A stretch of 64,000 bases of DNA from positions 7,381 to 71,380 of the forward strand of contig CAVCVB010000002.1 in the NCBI GenBank assembly GCA_963605395.1, in the 5' to 3' direction. The notes under the pieces were generated by a model. The model was not told where the DNA came from. It was given only the letters and a program-made list of their open reading frames with translations, and did not search any database. This document shows positions 19,872 to 29,981 of the stretch, in pieces. A program made the translations under genes and the position numbers. Within the stretch, counting starts at the first letter, position 1, and each line of letters opens with the position of its first letter. The stretch comes from Firmicutes bacterium CAG:194. GTDB lineage: Archaea > Thermoplasmatota > Thermoplasmata > Methanomassiliicoccales > Methanomethylophilaceae.

Positions 19872-19947
19872 GCCGCCGTAGCTCAGCAGGTAGAGCGTGT
19901 GACTGTTAATCACAAGGTCCTCGGTTCAAATCCGTGTGGCGGCGCCA
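19872..19947 (+). tRNA. tRNA-Asn(GTT), CCA encoded
   Basis: GCCGCCG acceptor, TGTGA-CTGTTAA-TCACA anticodon arm, GGTTCAAATCC; one T-stem mismatch. Confidence 0.92.
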
Positions 19948-20023
19948 TCTCTTCTTCAAATCATTGTGTGATATCGCCTTCTCCGATAGTTTTTTAATAC
20001 GTTCCCGTATAGGGGGACCCATC

Positions 20024-20097
20024 GGGCTCTTAGCTTAGACAGGTAGAGCGTCTGGCTCATAACCAGATGGCCGTCGGTTCAAATCCGGCAGGGCCCA
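20024..20097 (+). tRNA. tRNA with CAT anticodon, probably tRNA-Ile2 (agmatidine-modified) rather than Met
   Basis: TCTGG-CTCATAA-CCAGA arm; GGGC..GCCC-A acceptor typical of archaeal Ile2. Confidence 0.85.
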
Positions 20098-20104
20098 CTC
20101 ATAA

Positions 20105-21295
20105 TCATTCTGATCCATCGCTACCAGATTTCGGCACATATCTCGCGGAGCGCGTGCTCCCGTCCGCCTTCTCGATCAGGCCCTGCTTCCTCATGGTCTG
20201 CAGCAGGTTCGTGGCCTTCACTCTGAGCTGCTCCTCGGTCAGGTCCTTTGAGTCCCTGGACGCCAGCACCTCGGCGACATCCGACCTCGAGACCCAGCCT
20301 TTCGTCGATATCAGCTCCATGACCGCGTCCTGAGGGGTACCAGAGGTGTATGCTGAAGCCACCTCCTGCCCGGCGCCGGACGCTATGCACGGAAGGTCCT
20401 CGATCATCTCGATGAGCCCGCGGCGGGCGAGGGCCTTCAGCCTCCTGTCCGGCACGTACCTGTTCTTGGCTATCCTGTCCAGGTCCATGACCGCGGCGAT
20501 GTCCAGGTCGTCCCTCAGGTCCAGGACCCTGGCGTAGGACCCGCCTCTCAGCCCGGAGAGCCTGACGGCCACCCTGTCGTCGCAGATGTCGAAATCTGGC
20601 ATGGGGAACCTGCGGTACGCCTGAGAGAGGTACATGGAGCGTATCCCGCTGGAGGATGCGGGCACGATCCCCAGCCCGGCCATGGCCGATACCAGGAACG
20701 GGTTCCTCTTCGGGCCGGACATCGGAGGCCCTTTGACGAAGGACTCCGGGGGCCTGTCCGGGAACCTCCCCCTGCTGACCACGGTGACCGATTCGCCTTC
20801 CTTCTCGATCAGCTCCACGGTCCCGCCCAACGAATAGTCCTGATGGGCCACGGCGTTGCGGACCGCTTCCAGGAGAGTGGAGGTGCGGTACGCGGACACG
20901 ACGTCCCCTCTGCCGGTCTTCACGGACCAGTTGCACACCATCGACACGGCCCTGTTCATCGACAGGACCGCGGGCCCGTCGAGCATGCGGAAGTCCTGGA
21001 GGTCCCCTTCGGTGCCGTAGAGCCTCCACCTTATCCCTACAGATGGGGGAAGGCACCTGTCCCCCTGCTTCCCGAGAAGGATCATCGCGGCCACCGTGAC
21101 CTTCCCGCGCTTGAACACGCCCGCGCGTGACAGGAACGTCTGGTCGTCCCATCCGCCGGCATCCTCCGCCCGGTCCGGGAAGCGCTCGCAGAACGACGCC
21201 CTCACGGCCTTGACCGCTCCGGGGTCGAGGCTCCTGACGTCCGCTCCGTTGACGATGTTCCCTGTCCAATCATCATAGACCTTAGGAGGATCCAT
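20105..21295 (-). CDS. HATPase_c_4/RecG-C-type ATP-binding regulator with C-terminal wHTH, lacking the usual N-terminal AlbA_2 domain
   Basis: LLEAVRNAVAHQDY, RNPFL..AM..LG, SGIRSMY, terminal wHTH (GSTRSARY). Confidence 0.82.
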   Translation of the reverse strand: MDPPKVYDDWTGNIVNGADVRSLDPGAVKAVRASFCERFPDRAEDAGGWDDQTFLSRAGVFKRGKVTVAAMILLGKQGDRCLPPSVGIRWRLYGTEGDLQDFRMLDGPAVLSMNRAVSMVCNWSVKTGRGDVVSAYRTSTLLEAVRNAVAHQDYSLGGTVELIEKEGESVTVVSRGRFPDRPPESFVKGPPMSGPKRNPFLVSAMAGLGIVPASSSGIRSMYLSQAYRRFPMPDFDICDDRVAVRLSGLRGGSYARVLDLRDDLDIAAVMDLDRIAKNRYVPDRRLKALARRGLIEMIEDLPCIASGAGQEVASAYTSGTPQDAVMELISTKGWVSRSDVAEVLASRDSKDLTEEQLRVKATNLLQTMRKQGLIEKADGSTRSARYVPKSGSDGSE

Positions 21296-21445
21296 GGTGA
21301 GGGCAAACTACCTCATCGTTGATAATCTCATTCATTCTCATTATCCGGGCCCGTCGGCCCTCCCTGCAGGGCGCTGGGGGCCTGGAACGGTTATATACCC
21401 CTGAACAGTGGCAACCAGCATATGCGGCCCGTCGGAGGCCGCGCA

Positions 21446-22681
21446 ATGTCGGAGGACGGCATCATGGTAGAGATTACAGTCAAGAAACCCGAGTTCATCA
21501 AACTGCCCCGTGTTCAGAAGGTCCTGACAGCATGCCTGCAGTGCGGATACTGCATCGAGGTGTGCGAGGCGCACAACCAGACCCCTTGGGAGTCCGTCAC
21601 CCCCAGGGGAAAGATCTATTACATCAACCAGCTGGACAAGGCCGGCACCGGGGCCCTCGACAAGATGCTCAACAGGGAGGTCTCCCTGAACCCCGATTTC
21701 GTCGACGCCATGTACAAGTGCACCGGATGCGGGAACTGCGAGGTCGTCTGCCACGCACAGATCCACCTGGTGGAGTTCTGGGAGGAGATGAGAGCCTGGC
21801 TCGTCGAGAACGGAGTCGCTCCGCTCTCCGCGCACAAGGGAATGGCCAAGAACGTCGCGGCCAGGCACAACCCCTACAACGAGCCCCCGTCCAAGAGGGA
21901 CGCCTGGTGGCCCGCGGACGTCGAGAGGTGCAACCCTCCGGACGTCATCTTCTTCGCCGGATGCACCGGATCCTACAGGATGCAGCACATCGCCCAGGCC
22001 GGAGTCACCGTGCTCTCCAGGGCCGGCGTCAAGATGAACTGCCTCGGCGACAAAGAGTGGTGCTGCTCCTCGCCCCTGCTGAGGACCGGTAACAAGACCG
22101 CTTCCCTCGGATGCGCCGAGACCGTGGTCGAGAAAGCCGACGGAATGGGGGCCAAGGACATGGTCATGACCTGCTCCGGATGCTACAAGACCGTCTCCTC
22201 CGACTTCGGGAAGTACTACGCCAAGGTCGGACAGAACGTCTACCACTTCTCCCAGTACGTCGAGCAGCTCATCGCCGACAGGAAGCTCCCGCTGAACAAC
22301 GAGTTCAACCACAAGGTCACCTACCACGACCCCTGCCACCTCGGAAGGCACTCCGGCGTCTACGACGCTCCCAGGAACGTCATGAAGAAGATCAAGGGCC
22401 TGGAGCTCATCGAGATGGAGAGGTCCAGGGAGAACTCCAGGTGCTGCGGAGCAGGCGGAGGATACAAGAGCCAGTTCAACGACTTCGCCACCGCCATCGC
22501 AGCCGAGAGGATAAGGGACGCGGAGGCCACCGGCGCCGAGATCCTGATCACCTGCTGCCCCTTCTGCGTGCTGAACCTCACCCAGGGAGCCAAGAAGATC
22601 GGCTCCAACATCAAGGTCATGGACCTGTCCCAGGTCCTCCTCGAGGTCACCGCGCCCAAGAAGGAAGAGCCCAAGGAGTGA
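21446..22681 (+). CDS. (Fe-S)-binding protein, heterodisulfide reductase HdrD-like
   Basis: CLQCGYCIEVC, CTGCGNCEVVC, EWCCSSP, YHDPCHLGRH, RCCGAGGG. Confidence 0.9.
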   Translation: MSEDGIMVEITVKKPEFIKLPRVQKVLTACLQCGYCIEVCEAHNQTPWESVTPRGKIYYINQLDKAGTGALDKMLNREVSLNPDFVDAMYKCTGCGNCEVVCHAQIHLVEFWEEMRAWLVENGVAPLSAHKGMAKNVAARHNPYNEPPSKRDAWWPADVERCNPPDVIFFAGCTGSYRMQHIAQAGVTVLSRAGVKMNCLGDKEWCCSSPLLRTGNKTASLGCAETVVEKADGMGAKDMVMTCSGCYKTVSSDFGKYYAKVGQNVYHFSQYVEQLIADRKLPLNNEFNHKVTYHDPCHLGRHSGVYDAPRNVMKKIKGLELIEMERSRENSRCCGAGGGYKSQFNDFATAIAAERIRDAEATGAEILITCCPFCVLNLTQGAKKIGSNIKVMDLSQVLLEVTAPKKEEPKE

Positions 22682-22691
22682 TCCTGAGAAA

Positions 22692-22724
22692 GCCGGGGCG
22701 GATGCCCCGGCACTTTTCCCTTTT
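22692..22724 (+). terminator. hairpin plus T-tract
   Basis: gccggggc-ggat-gccccggc followed by acttttccctttt. Confidence 0.6.
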
Positions 22725-22729
22725 ATCAC

Positions 22730-25474
22730 ATGCCTTTTGAGAACCTCAGCCCCGAGCTTGTGTCCGCGCTCGCGGAAAGGGGCATAACCGAGCCGACTCC
22801 CCCTCAGGCCGACGTCATCCCGAGGATACGCGCAGGCGGGAACATCCTGCTGGTCGCCCCCACCGGGATAGGCAAGACCGAAGCCGCGATGATCCCGATC
22901 CTGGACGAGATATTCCGCACGAAAGGGTCCAGGTCCGGTTTCAGATGCATCTACATCACCCCGCTCCGCGCCCTGAACAGGGACATGCTCCGCAGGATGG
23001 AGGAGTACGGGAAGGCGCTGGGGATAAAGGTCGGCGTCAGGCACGGCGACACCTCCCAAGCGGAGAGGAACCAGCAGTCCCAGAATCCGCCGGAGATCCT
23101 GATCACCACTCCTGAGACGCTGCAGGTGCTGTTCACCGGGAAGCGCCTCAGGGAGCACATGAAGAGCGTCCGGTGGGTGGTCATCGACGAGATCCACGAG
23201 CTCTCCAACACGGAGAGGGGAGCTCAGCTCAGCGTTGCTCTGGAGAGGATGTGCCTTGTCGCAGGCGAGTATCAGAGGATCGGGCTGTCCGCCACTGTCG
23301 GGAACGTGGACAGCGTGGCCAGGTTCCTGGCGGGCACCAGGCGCCAGGTCACGATACGCAAGCACGACACCCATCGTGATTTCGACATCGATGTCGAATC
23401 CCCGACGCCCTGTGAGGACCCGAAGCTCCTGGACAAGCTGCAGTGCGACCCGGAGATCCTCGGGGTCATGAAGCGCGCCAGAGAGGTCATCGAGTCCGGG
23501 AAGTCCACGCTATTCTTCGTGAACACCAGGGAGACAGCCGAGTGGCTTGCAGCCAGATACCACATCTGGGACGAATCGCTCTCCATCGACGTCCATCACG
23601 GCTCATTGTCCAAGGAGAACAGGATGGAGATGGAGGACCGCTTCAAGAAGGGCGATGTGAAGGCGCTGGTCTGCACATCGTCGCTGGAGCTGGGGATCGA
23701 TGTGGGCTCCACGGACATGGTCATCCAGTACAACTCGCCCAGGCAAGTGTCGCGCATGGTCCAGAGGGCCGGCCGCGCGGGCCACAGGGTGGGGGAGAGG
23801 ATACGTGCCAAGATCATAGCCACCGCCCCCGACGAGGTCGCCGAATCCCTGGTCGTCGCCAGGAGGTGCGACTCCAAGGAGCTGGAGTTCTGGGAGGGCA
23901 GGCCCTGCCCCCTTTCGGTGGTGGCCAACCAGCTCATCGCCATGACCATGTCCGGCGCCGTGGACAGGGAGACGGCGTTCAAGGCGTTCACCGGAGCATA
24001 TCCGTTCAGGGACCTGACCATGGAGGACATGGCCGGCGTCCTGGAGCAGCTGAAGTCCATCAAGCTCCTGTTCGAGGACGAGAACGGGTTCAAGCGCTCC
24101 AGGAAGGGGATGAACTACTTCTACGAGAACATCTCGATGATACCCGACGAGCGCACGTACATGATCAGGGACATCGGGACCAGAGCGGTCATCGGGACCC
24201 TGGACGAGAGCTTCGTCGCCTCTTTCGCAGAAGAATATGCCATGTTCATCGCCAAGGGCAGGACCTGGCGCATCGTGGAGATGAGGGAGGACGAGATCCT
24301 CGTCGAGGAGGCGAGGGAAGTGGGATCGGTCCCCAACTGGGTCGGATCGGACATCCCCGTCCCTTACGATGTGGCGATGGAGGTGGGCAGGATGCGCCGC
24401 CTCAGGAACCTGGACGACTACCCCGGAGACAAGGGATGCAGGAAAGTCCTCATGAAGTACTTCGCGGACCAGGACGAGCGCTTCGTGATGCCCACGGACA
24501 AGACCGTGACCATCGAGATGGGCGACAGGCTGGCGATCGTGAACGGATGCTTCGGCACCAGGGTGAACGAGACCCTGGGGAAGATCTACGCCGCGCTGCT
24601 CACCGCCCGCCTGGGGGAGAGCGTGGGGATGACCGCCGACCCTTACAGGATGATCCTGGAGCTGCCCCGCAACATGAAGCGCGACGACATCGTCGCCACG
24701 GTGAGATCGGTCAAGCCGGGCACCATCGAGGCCCTGGCCAGGCTGACCATCCTGAACTCGTCGTTCCTGAGATGGAGGTTCGTCTTCGTGGCGAAGAAGT
24801 TCGGGATCATCGAGAAGAACGCCGACCACCGGTTCATGAACTTCCAGAGGCTGTTCGACATCCACAAGGACACCCCTGCGTACAAAGAGGCCGTCAACAA
24901 GGTGCTCTGGGAGGACCTGGACATCCCGAACACCGAGAAGGTGGTGTCGATGATCGCGTCCGGCGAGATACAGATGACCGCCGGGACGGTGTCGACGATA
25001 GGATTGGAGGGCATCGTCAGGTCCAAGGAGCTGATGCAGCCCGTGAGAGCGGACCACTCCATCCTGATGGCGCTGAAGAAGAGGCTGGAGGACGAGGTGC
25101 TGTTCGCTTCATGCCTGAACTGCGGGTCCCAATGGAGGTTCAGGGTCGGAGACGCGCCGAAGAGGTTCGTGTGCCCGCACTGCAACGGGGTGATGGTAGC
25201 CGTCCTGAAAGGCTACGAGAGGGACAGCATCGGGCTGGTGAAGCTGGACGAGCTGTCAGCTCAGGAGAAGAAAGACAGGATGCGCCTATCCCGGAACGCG
25301 AACCTTGTGAACGAGCACGGGAAGAGGGCTGTGATCACCCTTGCGGGAAGGGGGATCGGCCCGGATGCCGCTTCGCGCATTCTCAGGAGCATGCATGTGG
25401 ACGAGGACGATTTCCTCAGGGCGATAATGAACGCCGAGATCCTGTATGCGAAGAACAAGAGGTTCTGGGACTGA
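22730..25474 (+). CDS. lhr: Lhr-family SF2 helicase with Cys-rich C-terminus (aLhr1-like)
   Basis: APTGIGKT, DEIH, SAT, SSLELGIDVG, QRAGRAGH, SMIPDE; CLNC...CPHC tail. Confidence 0.93.
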   Translation: MPFENLSPELVSALAERGITEPTPPQADVIPRIRAGGNILLVAPTGIGKTEAAMIPILDEIFRTKGSRSGFRCIYITPLRALNRDMLRRMEEYGKALGIKVGVRHGDTSQAERNQQSQNPPEILITTPETLQVLFTGKRLREHMKSVRWVVIDEIHELSNTERGAQLSVALERMCLVAGEYQRIGLSATVGNVDSVARFLAGTRRQVTIRKHDTHRDFDIDVESPTPCEDPKLLDKLQCDPEILGVMKRAREVIESGKSTLFFVNTRETAEWLAARYHIWDESLSIDVHHGSLSKENRMEMEDRFKKGDVKALVCTSSLELGIDVGSTDMVIQYNSPRQVSRMVQRAGRAGHRVGERIRAKIIATAPDEVAESLVVARRCDSKELEFWEGRPCPLSVVANQLIAMTMSGAVDRETAFKAFTGAYPFRDLTMEDMAGVLEQLKSIKLLFEDENGFKRSRKGMNYFYENISMIPDERTYMIRDIGTRAVIGTLDESFVASFAEEYAMFIAKGRTWRIVEMREDEILVEEAREVGSVPNWVGSDIPVPYDVAMEVGRMRRLRNLDDYPGDKGCRKVLMKYFADQDERFVMPTDKTVTIEMGDRLAIVNGCFGTRVNETLGKIYAALLTARLGESVGMTADPYRMILELPRNMKRDDIVATVRSVKPGTIEALARLTILNSSFLRWRFVFVAKKFGIIEKNADHRFMNFQRLFDIHKDTPAYKEAVNKVLWEDLDIPNTEKVVSMIASGEIQMTAGTVSTIGLEGIVRSKELMQPVRADHSILMALKKRLEDEVLFASCLNCGSQWRFRVGDAPKRFVCPHCNGVMVAVLKGYERDSIGLVKLDELSAQEKKDRMRLSRNANLVNEHGKRAVITLAGRGIGPDAASRILRSMHVDEDDFLRAIMNAEILYAKNKRFWD

Positions 25475-25624
25475 GCCTGAGCATCCATATTCGATTTGAC
25501 ACCGTTTTTTTGGAATACAGAGGGTTCTGCTCATTCTGATGCCGGTCGGCATCCGCCGGACCCTCGGAAGAAGATGGGTGCGGCCCGGAGCCATCGCAGG
25601 CCTCGGACCGCATCCCGTTTGCTC

Positions 25625-27394
25625 TCAGGCCTTCACGCGCTGAAGCGCAGTGATGCATTCCTCCAGGATGGCCTTCGCCGCGTCGGTGTCGAATGCGCTG
25701 GTGAGCCCCGCCTTCTTGACAGCTTCGGAGTATCCGTCGATGCCCTGCTGGAACACCAGGCCCAGGTACTTCTCCTTCGCCGCATCGTAATCCTCGGTGG
25801 CCTCCACGAACAGCTCGATCGCCCCGATGGCGGATGTTCCGTAGCTGATGTAGTAGTGGGGGACCGTGAAGAGATGGGGGATCTTGGTCCACAGATAGCA
25901 GTTGTATGATGCGATGCTGGAACTGTATCCGTGTGATTCCAGGATGGAGATGAATTCATCACGTACCTGGTTTCCGGTGAGGGAGCCTGTTTCCGCTTCA
26001 GTCTCGTACGCCCAGAGCTCGAGTTCGGTCAAGAGTCCGGGCATCACGATGTCTGAGTTGATGATACTGGAGAGAATGTATGCTGCTAAGGCCCGGGACC
26101 CCTCGCTTATGGACCCGGATGTGCAGTACAGCGCTTCAAGCCCTTGGGAATGGATCTCCTCGATGTCCAAGCATGATGTTCTGTTCGGATTCAGGCACAT
26201 GTTCGCCACATGGCCGTATTCGTGGACTACCGTCTTGGCTGTTAGATAGCCCGGGTAGCCGTCGCCGGCGTAGCCGACATACATCAAGGCGCTTCCGCGG
26301 TTGTAGAGCTCCTGCGAATATGCTCCTTCCTGTCTTCCGGCCTCGGAATAGATGTCGATGAGACCGTATTCGGTCATGTAGTCCAGCAGCTTGGCATACT
26401 CGTCGCTTATGGAATCGATGAACGGACTCACGAGGTCTATGAAACCATCTCCTTCGTAGTCGTCCATCCAGGAGAGCCTGTCGAGGCTCATCGAGCTGTC
26501 TCTGCTCTGGGCTTCGGACAGGTCGGCGTAAAGGTCCAATGCCGTGTCTACGAGATCGGAGAAGGATCTGGCATCGGCGAGGGTGTAATCCCTTCCGTAG
26601 ACCGCCTCGTATGCGTAGACGGAGTAGTTGTCGTATCCTTTCAGGACGGCGTAGTCGTTCCTGATCTGGACGAGTTCGACATAAATCTCCGCGGCATCTT
26701 CGCCTTGGTGATACTGCAGCAACCACATGAGGCTTTCCTTCTGTGCATCCGTCAGGGTGATGTCGTTCTGGATCGACTCGGCGGTCCAGGTGGCTCCTCC
26801 GTACTCCATCTCGTAATCCCCGTACATGAGGTTGTTGTACTCGGCGATGAGGTCGGCCTCCCTCTCTCTGAAGTCCTTCTCCTCCTGCGTCATCTCTTCG
26901 TAGTTCCTGTACTCTTCCGGATCGAGTCCGCAGGCCTCCATGGCTTTCCCGGCGGTTTCTGCACATGGCCCGGAGAGCGATTCCTTCAAGGCGATCGCCA
27001 GATCGTCATACAGGTGGGACCTCAATTCGGTCCAGGCAGTGTAGGTATCTGCGAATTCCGTGGGTTTCTTGTTGTAGTCCAGATTCATCCAGGCGTAGTA
27101 GTCCAGCATCTTCAGGTAGTCTCCGGCAGCGGTCTCGATGCTGTCTGCCATATCATTGGCGCTGAGGGAAGGGTTGGAGAGCGACGATTTCAGCGTCTCG
27201 ATTGTCTCGGCATATGATTCTTCGGCTTCGGATGCAGCGGGATAGTCCCTGTCGCCTTCCTCGATGGGATCTGGGAAAACGTGCCCTTGATCGGAACTGT
27301 TCTCATCGGAGGTCCCGGGGTTGAGGGCTATAACGACCGCAATCGCGATTACGACGATTGCGGCCAGAACGGCAAGCTTCGTTTTCGGGCTCAT
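25625..27394 (-). CDS. membrane-anchored M3-family oligoendopeptidase-like protein
   Basis: N-terminal TM helix (LAVLAAIVVIAIAVVIAL); HEYGH, EIHSQGLE, W..IPHLF..P.YYISY, KGYDNY. Confidence 0.85.
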   Translation of the reverse strand: MSPKTKLAVLAAIVVIAIAVVIALNPGTSDENSSDQGHVFPDPIEEGDRDYPAASEAEESYAETIETLKSSLSNPSLSANDMADSIETAAGDYLKMLDYYAWMNLDYNKKPTEFADTYTAWTELRSHLYDDLAIALKESLSGPCAETAGKAMEACGLDPEEYRNYEEMTQEEKDFREREADLIAEYNNLMYGDYEMEYGGATWTAESIQNDITLTDAQKESLMWLLQYHQGEDAAEIYVELVQIRNDYAVLKGYDNYSVYAYEAVYGRDYTLADARSFSDLVDTALDLYADLSEAQSRDSSMSLDRLSWMDDYEGDGFIDLVSPFIDSISDEYAKLLDYMTEYGLIDIYSEAGRQEGAYSQELYNRGSALMYVGYAGDGYPGYLTAKTVVHEYGHVANMCLNPNRTSCLDIEEIHSQGLEALYCTSGSISEGSRALAAYILSSIINSDIVMPGLLTELELWAYETEAETGSLTGNQVRDEFISILESHGYSSSIASYNCYLWTKIPHLFTVPHYYISYGTSAIGAIELFVEATEDYDAAKEKYLGLVFQQGIDGYSEAVKKAGLTSAFDTDAAKAILEECITALQRVKA

Positions 27395-27475
27395 GTCAGC
27401 CGAAAGATGTGCGATTATTGTTATTATAACCTCAGGTGAACAGTCTAATGTAGATTTGCGTTCATCCGAGGCTGA

Positions 27476-27601
27476 GATGCAACCACGGCGATGAAGATCC
27501 TGAGCGACCTGGAATCGAAAGGTATCCTGAGGGAGACTACGGGCCAGCGCAGGAACAGGCTCTATGTCGCAGACAGGATCATGGAAATCCTCGAGTCCTG
27601 A
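27476..27601 (+). pseudogene. C-terminal remnant of a Fic-family protein (HTH tail)
   Basis: TTAMKILSDLESKGILRETTGQRRNRLYVADRIMEILES*; in-frame stop just upstream, no Fic core. Confidence 0.7.
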
Positions 27602-28278
27602 GCCTCTCCGCATGTGCTCTTTATAATCCCAAATTCTGCCTGTGCTCGGAAAAGACACGGTCCTGGAGAACAGAGAGATATTCGACACGCGCGCAGGGGA
27701 TGTTCGGAAAGCCCCGGACTTCGAGGATGATCGGGATCGCTGAGAACCCTGCGATCGCAGACGTACTTCACCGGCACCTCGCACACGAGATATATCCCGT
27801 CTCCGGACAAGTAGAATTCATAGCCGTCCGCCTGCATGGCCTTGGCATCCACAGACAGGATCGCCTGCCCCTCGCCGTCGTCGCGCCTGCCGGCCACATC
27901 CATCGCCTTCTCGATGCTCGTGGTCAGGTGCACCATGCAACGCTTCATCGGCAGGATGGCCCCGCTCTCCTGGATCAGATCCCAAGCAGATGCGGAAGTC
28001 CCGTGCAGAAGGCGCTCCGGAGGGTCGATAGGATCTCCATAGGTCACATGGACGCTGTGCCCGTGGAGCGCGCGGACATTCTTCCTGTCGTCGGAGAGCT
28101 CATACCTCGAATTGCTCTCTGCCGTGCCGATCACTTCCTGCACGGTCATCCCAGTGGCCTTGGCCGCATCCTCCACGGAAGACCACCCCTCGTCATCACG
28201 GGGGACGGATGGGTTGTGGCGAAGGCACTTGCTGAGCTTGTGCGACCTGCGGACCTGCACGGGACCGATGGAATCCAT
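27562..28278 (-). CDS. kptA: RNA 2'-phosphotransferase (KptA/Tpt1); family-like sequence ends near 27760
   Basis: SHKLSKCLRH, DEGWS, RALHGHS, LLHGT, PMKR.MVHL, VDAKAM..DG..FY.S..GIYL. Confidence 0.88.
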   Translation of the reverse strand: MDSIGPVQVRRSHKLSKCLRHNPSVPRDDEGWSSVEDAAKATGMTVQEVIGTAESNSRYELSDDRKNVRALHGHSVHVTYGDPIDPPERLLHGTSASAWDLIQESGAILPMKRCMVHLTTSIEKAMDVAGRRDDGEGQAILSVDAKAMQADGYEFYLSGDGIYLVCEVPVKYVCDRRVLSDPDHPRSPGLSEHPLRACRISLCSPGPCLFRAQAEFGIIKSTCGEAQDSRISMILSAT

Positions 28279-28369
28279 GCTCCGCGATATCGGTGGTATG
28301 AGATAATCCTCGCCCTCGCCGCGGCGACGGGAAGGCGCCCCTATGACAGGACTCTGTGCAGAAGAGGAT

Positions 28370-28389
28370 GAGGGGGATCGCTCCCCCTC
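28370..28389 (-). terminator. hairpin after the transglutaminase-like gene
   Basis: gaggggga-tcgc-tccccctc. Confidence 0.5.
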
Positions 28390-28394
28390 GGTTT

Positions 28395-29723
28395 TCAGGC
28401 CGTCGATGCGGCCAGGTAGAGGCCGTAGCCCCCGTCCGTGTACGCCTTGTTCTGGTAGTACACGACGCCGTTCTTGATCGCATAATCGGTGGAGATGTAC
28501 CCGACTCCGTACTCGTTGGATTCCAGAGTGGTCTCGCATCCGTAGTAGGTCTTCCCGTCCTTGGCGAGGCTGAACAAGGCCACCTTGGACTTGTACGAAG
28601 AGTTCACAACATGGGCGCTGCTGTCGTAGCTGTCCAGCGCCACTGCGGCGATCGCGTGCCCGGGGATCAGGAACACCCCTGCGTCGTACCCGGCGGCGAC
28701 GAAGATCGCCGCGCACAGGATGGACGTGTCCTCGCAGTCCCCGCTGCCGTTGTGGATCGTCTCCATCGGGAACGCGTAGTACTCGGACTGCCTGTAGAGC
28801 GTCTGATCGTAGGTGTAGGTGAAGCATTCCTGGACGAACGCGAGGATGAACTCCGCGTATCCCTGGCTGGACGCATCCGATCCGAAACTCTGCACGTACA
28901 GGCTCTCGAGGTTGCTCTCGATCTCCGTCACCGTGGAGTTCACCACGATGAAGTCCGGGATCACATCGTACGAGCCGTTGTTGTTGCCGGCCCTCTTCAA
29001 CAGCGTCGCGCCGTTGGTCCCGGCGTACTTGTCGTACTCGGAGTAGGAATAGGATATGGTGAACGCCATGTCCTGGTCAAGGTACTCCCAGGAATATGTC
29101 TTGGACACGGTCCCGTTGACTGTGAATGTCAGGGTGTACTCGGTGCTGTTCCTCCAGGGGCTCCACGTTCCCGACTCCGTGGACTTCTCGCATATCACGC
29201 CGAAGATGTAGTTCCCGTACGTGCCGTCGGACAGCGTCCATGTGGCCGTGGCATCGGTCTTCGTGACCGAGTTGTGGTACTTGCTGAAGTAGCCGTCGCC
29301 TTCTTTGTAGACGTACCAGGTGAATTCAGAGTACTTGCTCGCTTCCGAATCGACCATAGTGACGGTCACGGTGGTCTGGCCGCTGGCATTGGTGCCTGTC
29401 GCCACCGTGAACAGGTCGGAATCATCCGATGTGTAGGTGATCGAGTCCGATACGACGGACGGATCCGTCTCCGAGGTATCGTCCGTGTCATCGACATCCC
29501 CCGGCACGACCGTGGTGCCGGGGCCCGTAGATCTGTCGTCCAACGCGTTCACGGCGATGAGCGATGCGACCGCCACGATAGCCACCAACAAAGCAGTTAT
29601 CGCGATGACGCTCATCTTGCCGGAACCGCGTCTGTCCGCGTGGAAGGAGGCCGCCCCGGTTCCGCACCGGGAGCATATGCGCTCGTCCTCCCCTTTGTCC
29701 CTTCCGCAATTCCTGCAGCGCAT
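28395..29723 (-). CDS. Zn-ribbon + TM + transglutaminase-like surface protein
   Basis: CRNCG..CSRCG, TM helix, Thr/Ser-rich linker, FPMETI..GSGDCEDTSIL, PGHA, YYGCETT. Confidence 0.85.
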   Translation of the reverse strand: MRCRNCGRDKGEDERICSRCGTGAASFHADRRGSGKMSVIAITALLVAIVAVASLIAVNALDDRSTGPGTTVVPGDVDDTDDTSETDPSVVSDSITYTSDDSDLFTVATGTNASGQTTVTVTMVDSEASKYSEFTWYVYKEGDGYFSKYHNSVTKTDATATWTLSDGTYGNYIFGVICEKSTESGTWSPWRNSTEYTLTFTVNGTVSKTYSWEYLDQDMAFTISYSYSEYDKYAGTNGATLLKRAGNNNGSYDVIPDFIVVNSTVTEIESNLESLYVQSFGSDASSQGYAEFILAFVQECFTYTYDQTLYRQSEYYAFPMETIHNGSGDCEDTSILCAAIFVAAGYDAGVFLIPGHAIAAVALDSYDSSAHVVNSSYKSKVALFSLAKDGKTYYGCETTLESNEYGVGYISTDYAIKNGVVYYQNKAYTDGGYGLYLAASTA

Positions 29724-29981
29724 GGGCCCGATTTCCGGACCGGATTAGATAAGGATTTTGAACAGATGTTCTGCGACTGTAGAACCATGGGATCCGCGGA
29801 CCCTCCCCCGTCCGATGGCGCTTTCGAGCCTGCAGGACGCGCCGGAGGACCGCTTCTTCAGACGTGGCCCGCCTGTGCCGGATGCCGGTCATGAACCGCA
29901 GCCTGAGCCGATTCTTACTAAAAACTTGCGAAATTTCTCCGAAAAACCAGGCTGCATGCATCCACGTGGACGAAAAAAATA

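Noticed and set aside
19916..19940. tRNA-Asn as a pseudogene because of a T-stem mismatch
   Set aside because: Only one mismatch; the other arms and CCA are intact.
18251..21295. Integrated element at the tRNA-Asn/Ile2 pair
   Set aside because: No integrase and no duplicated tRNA 3' end (att site) found.
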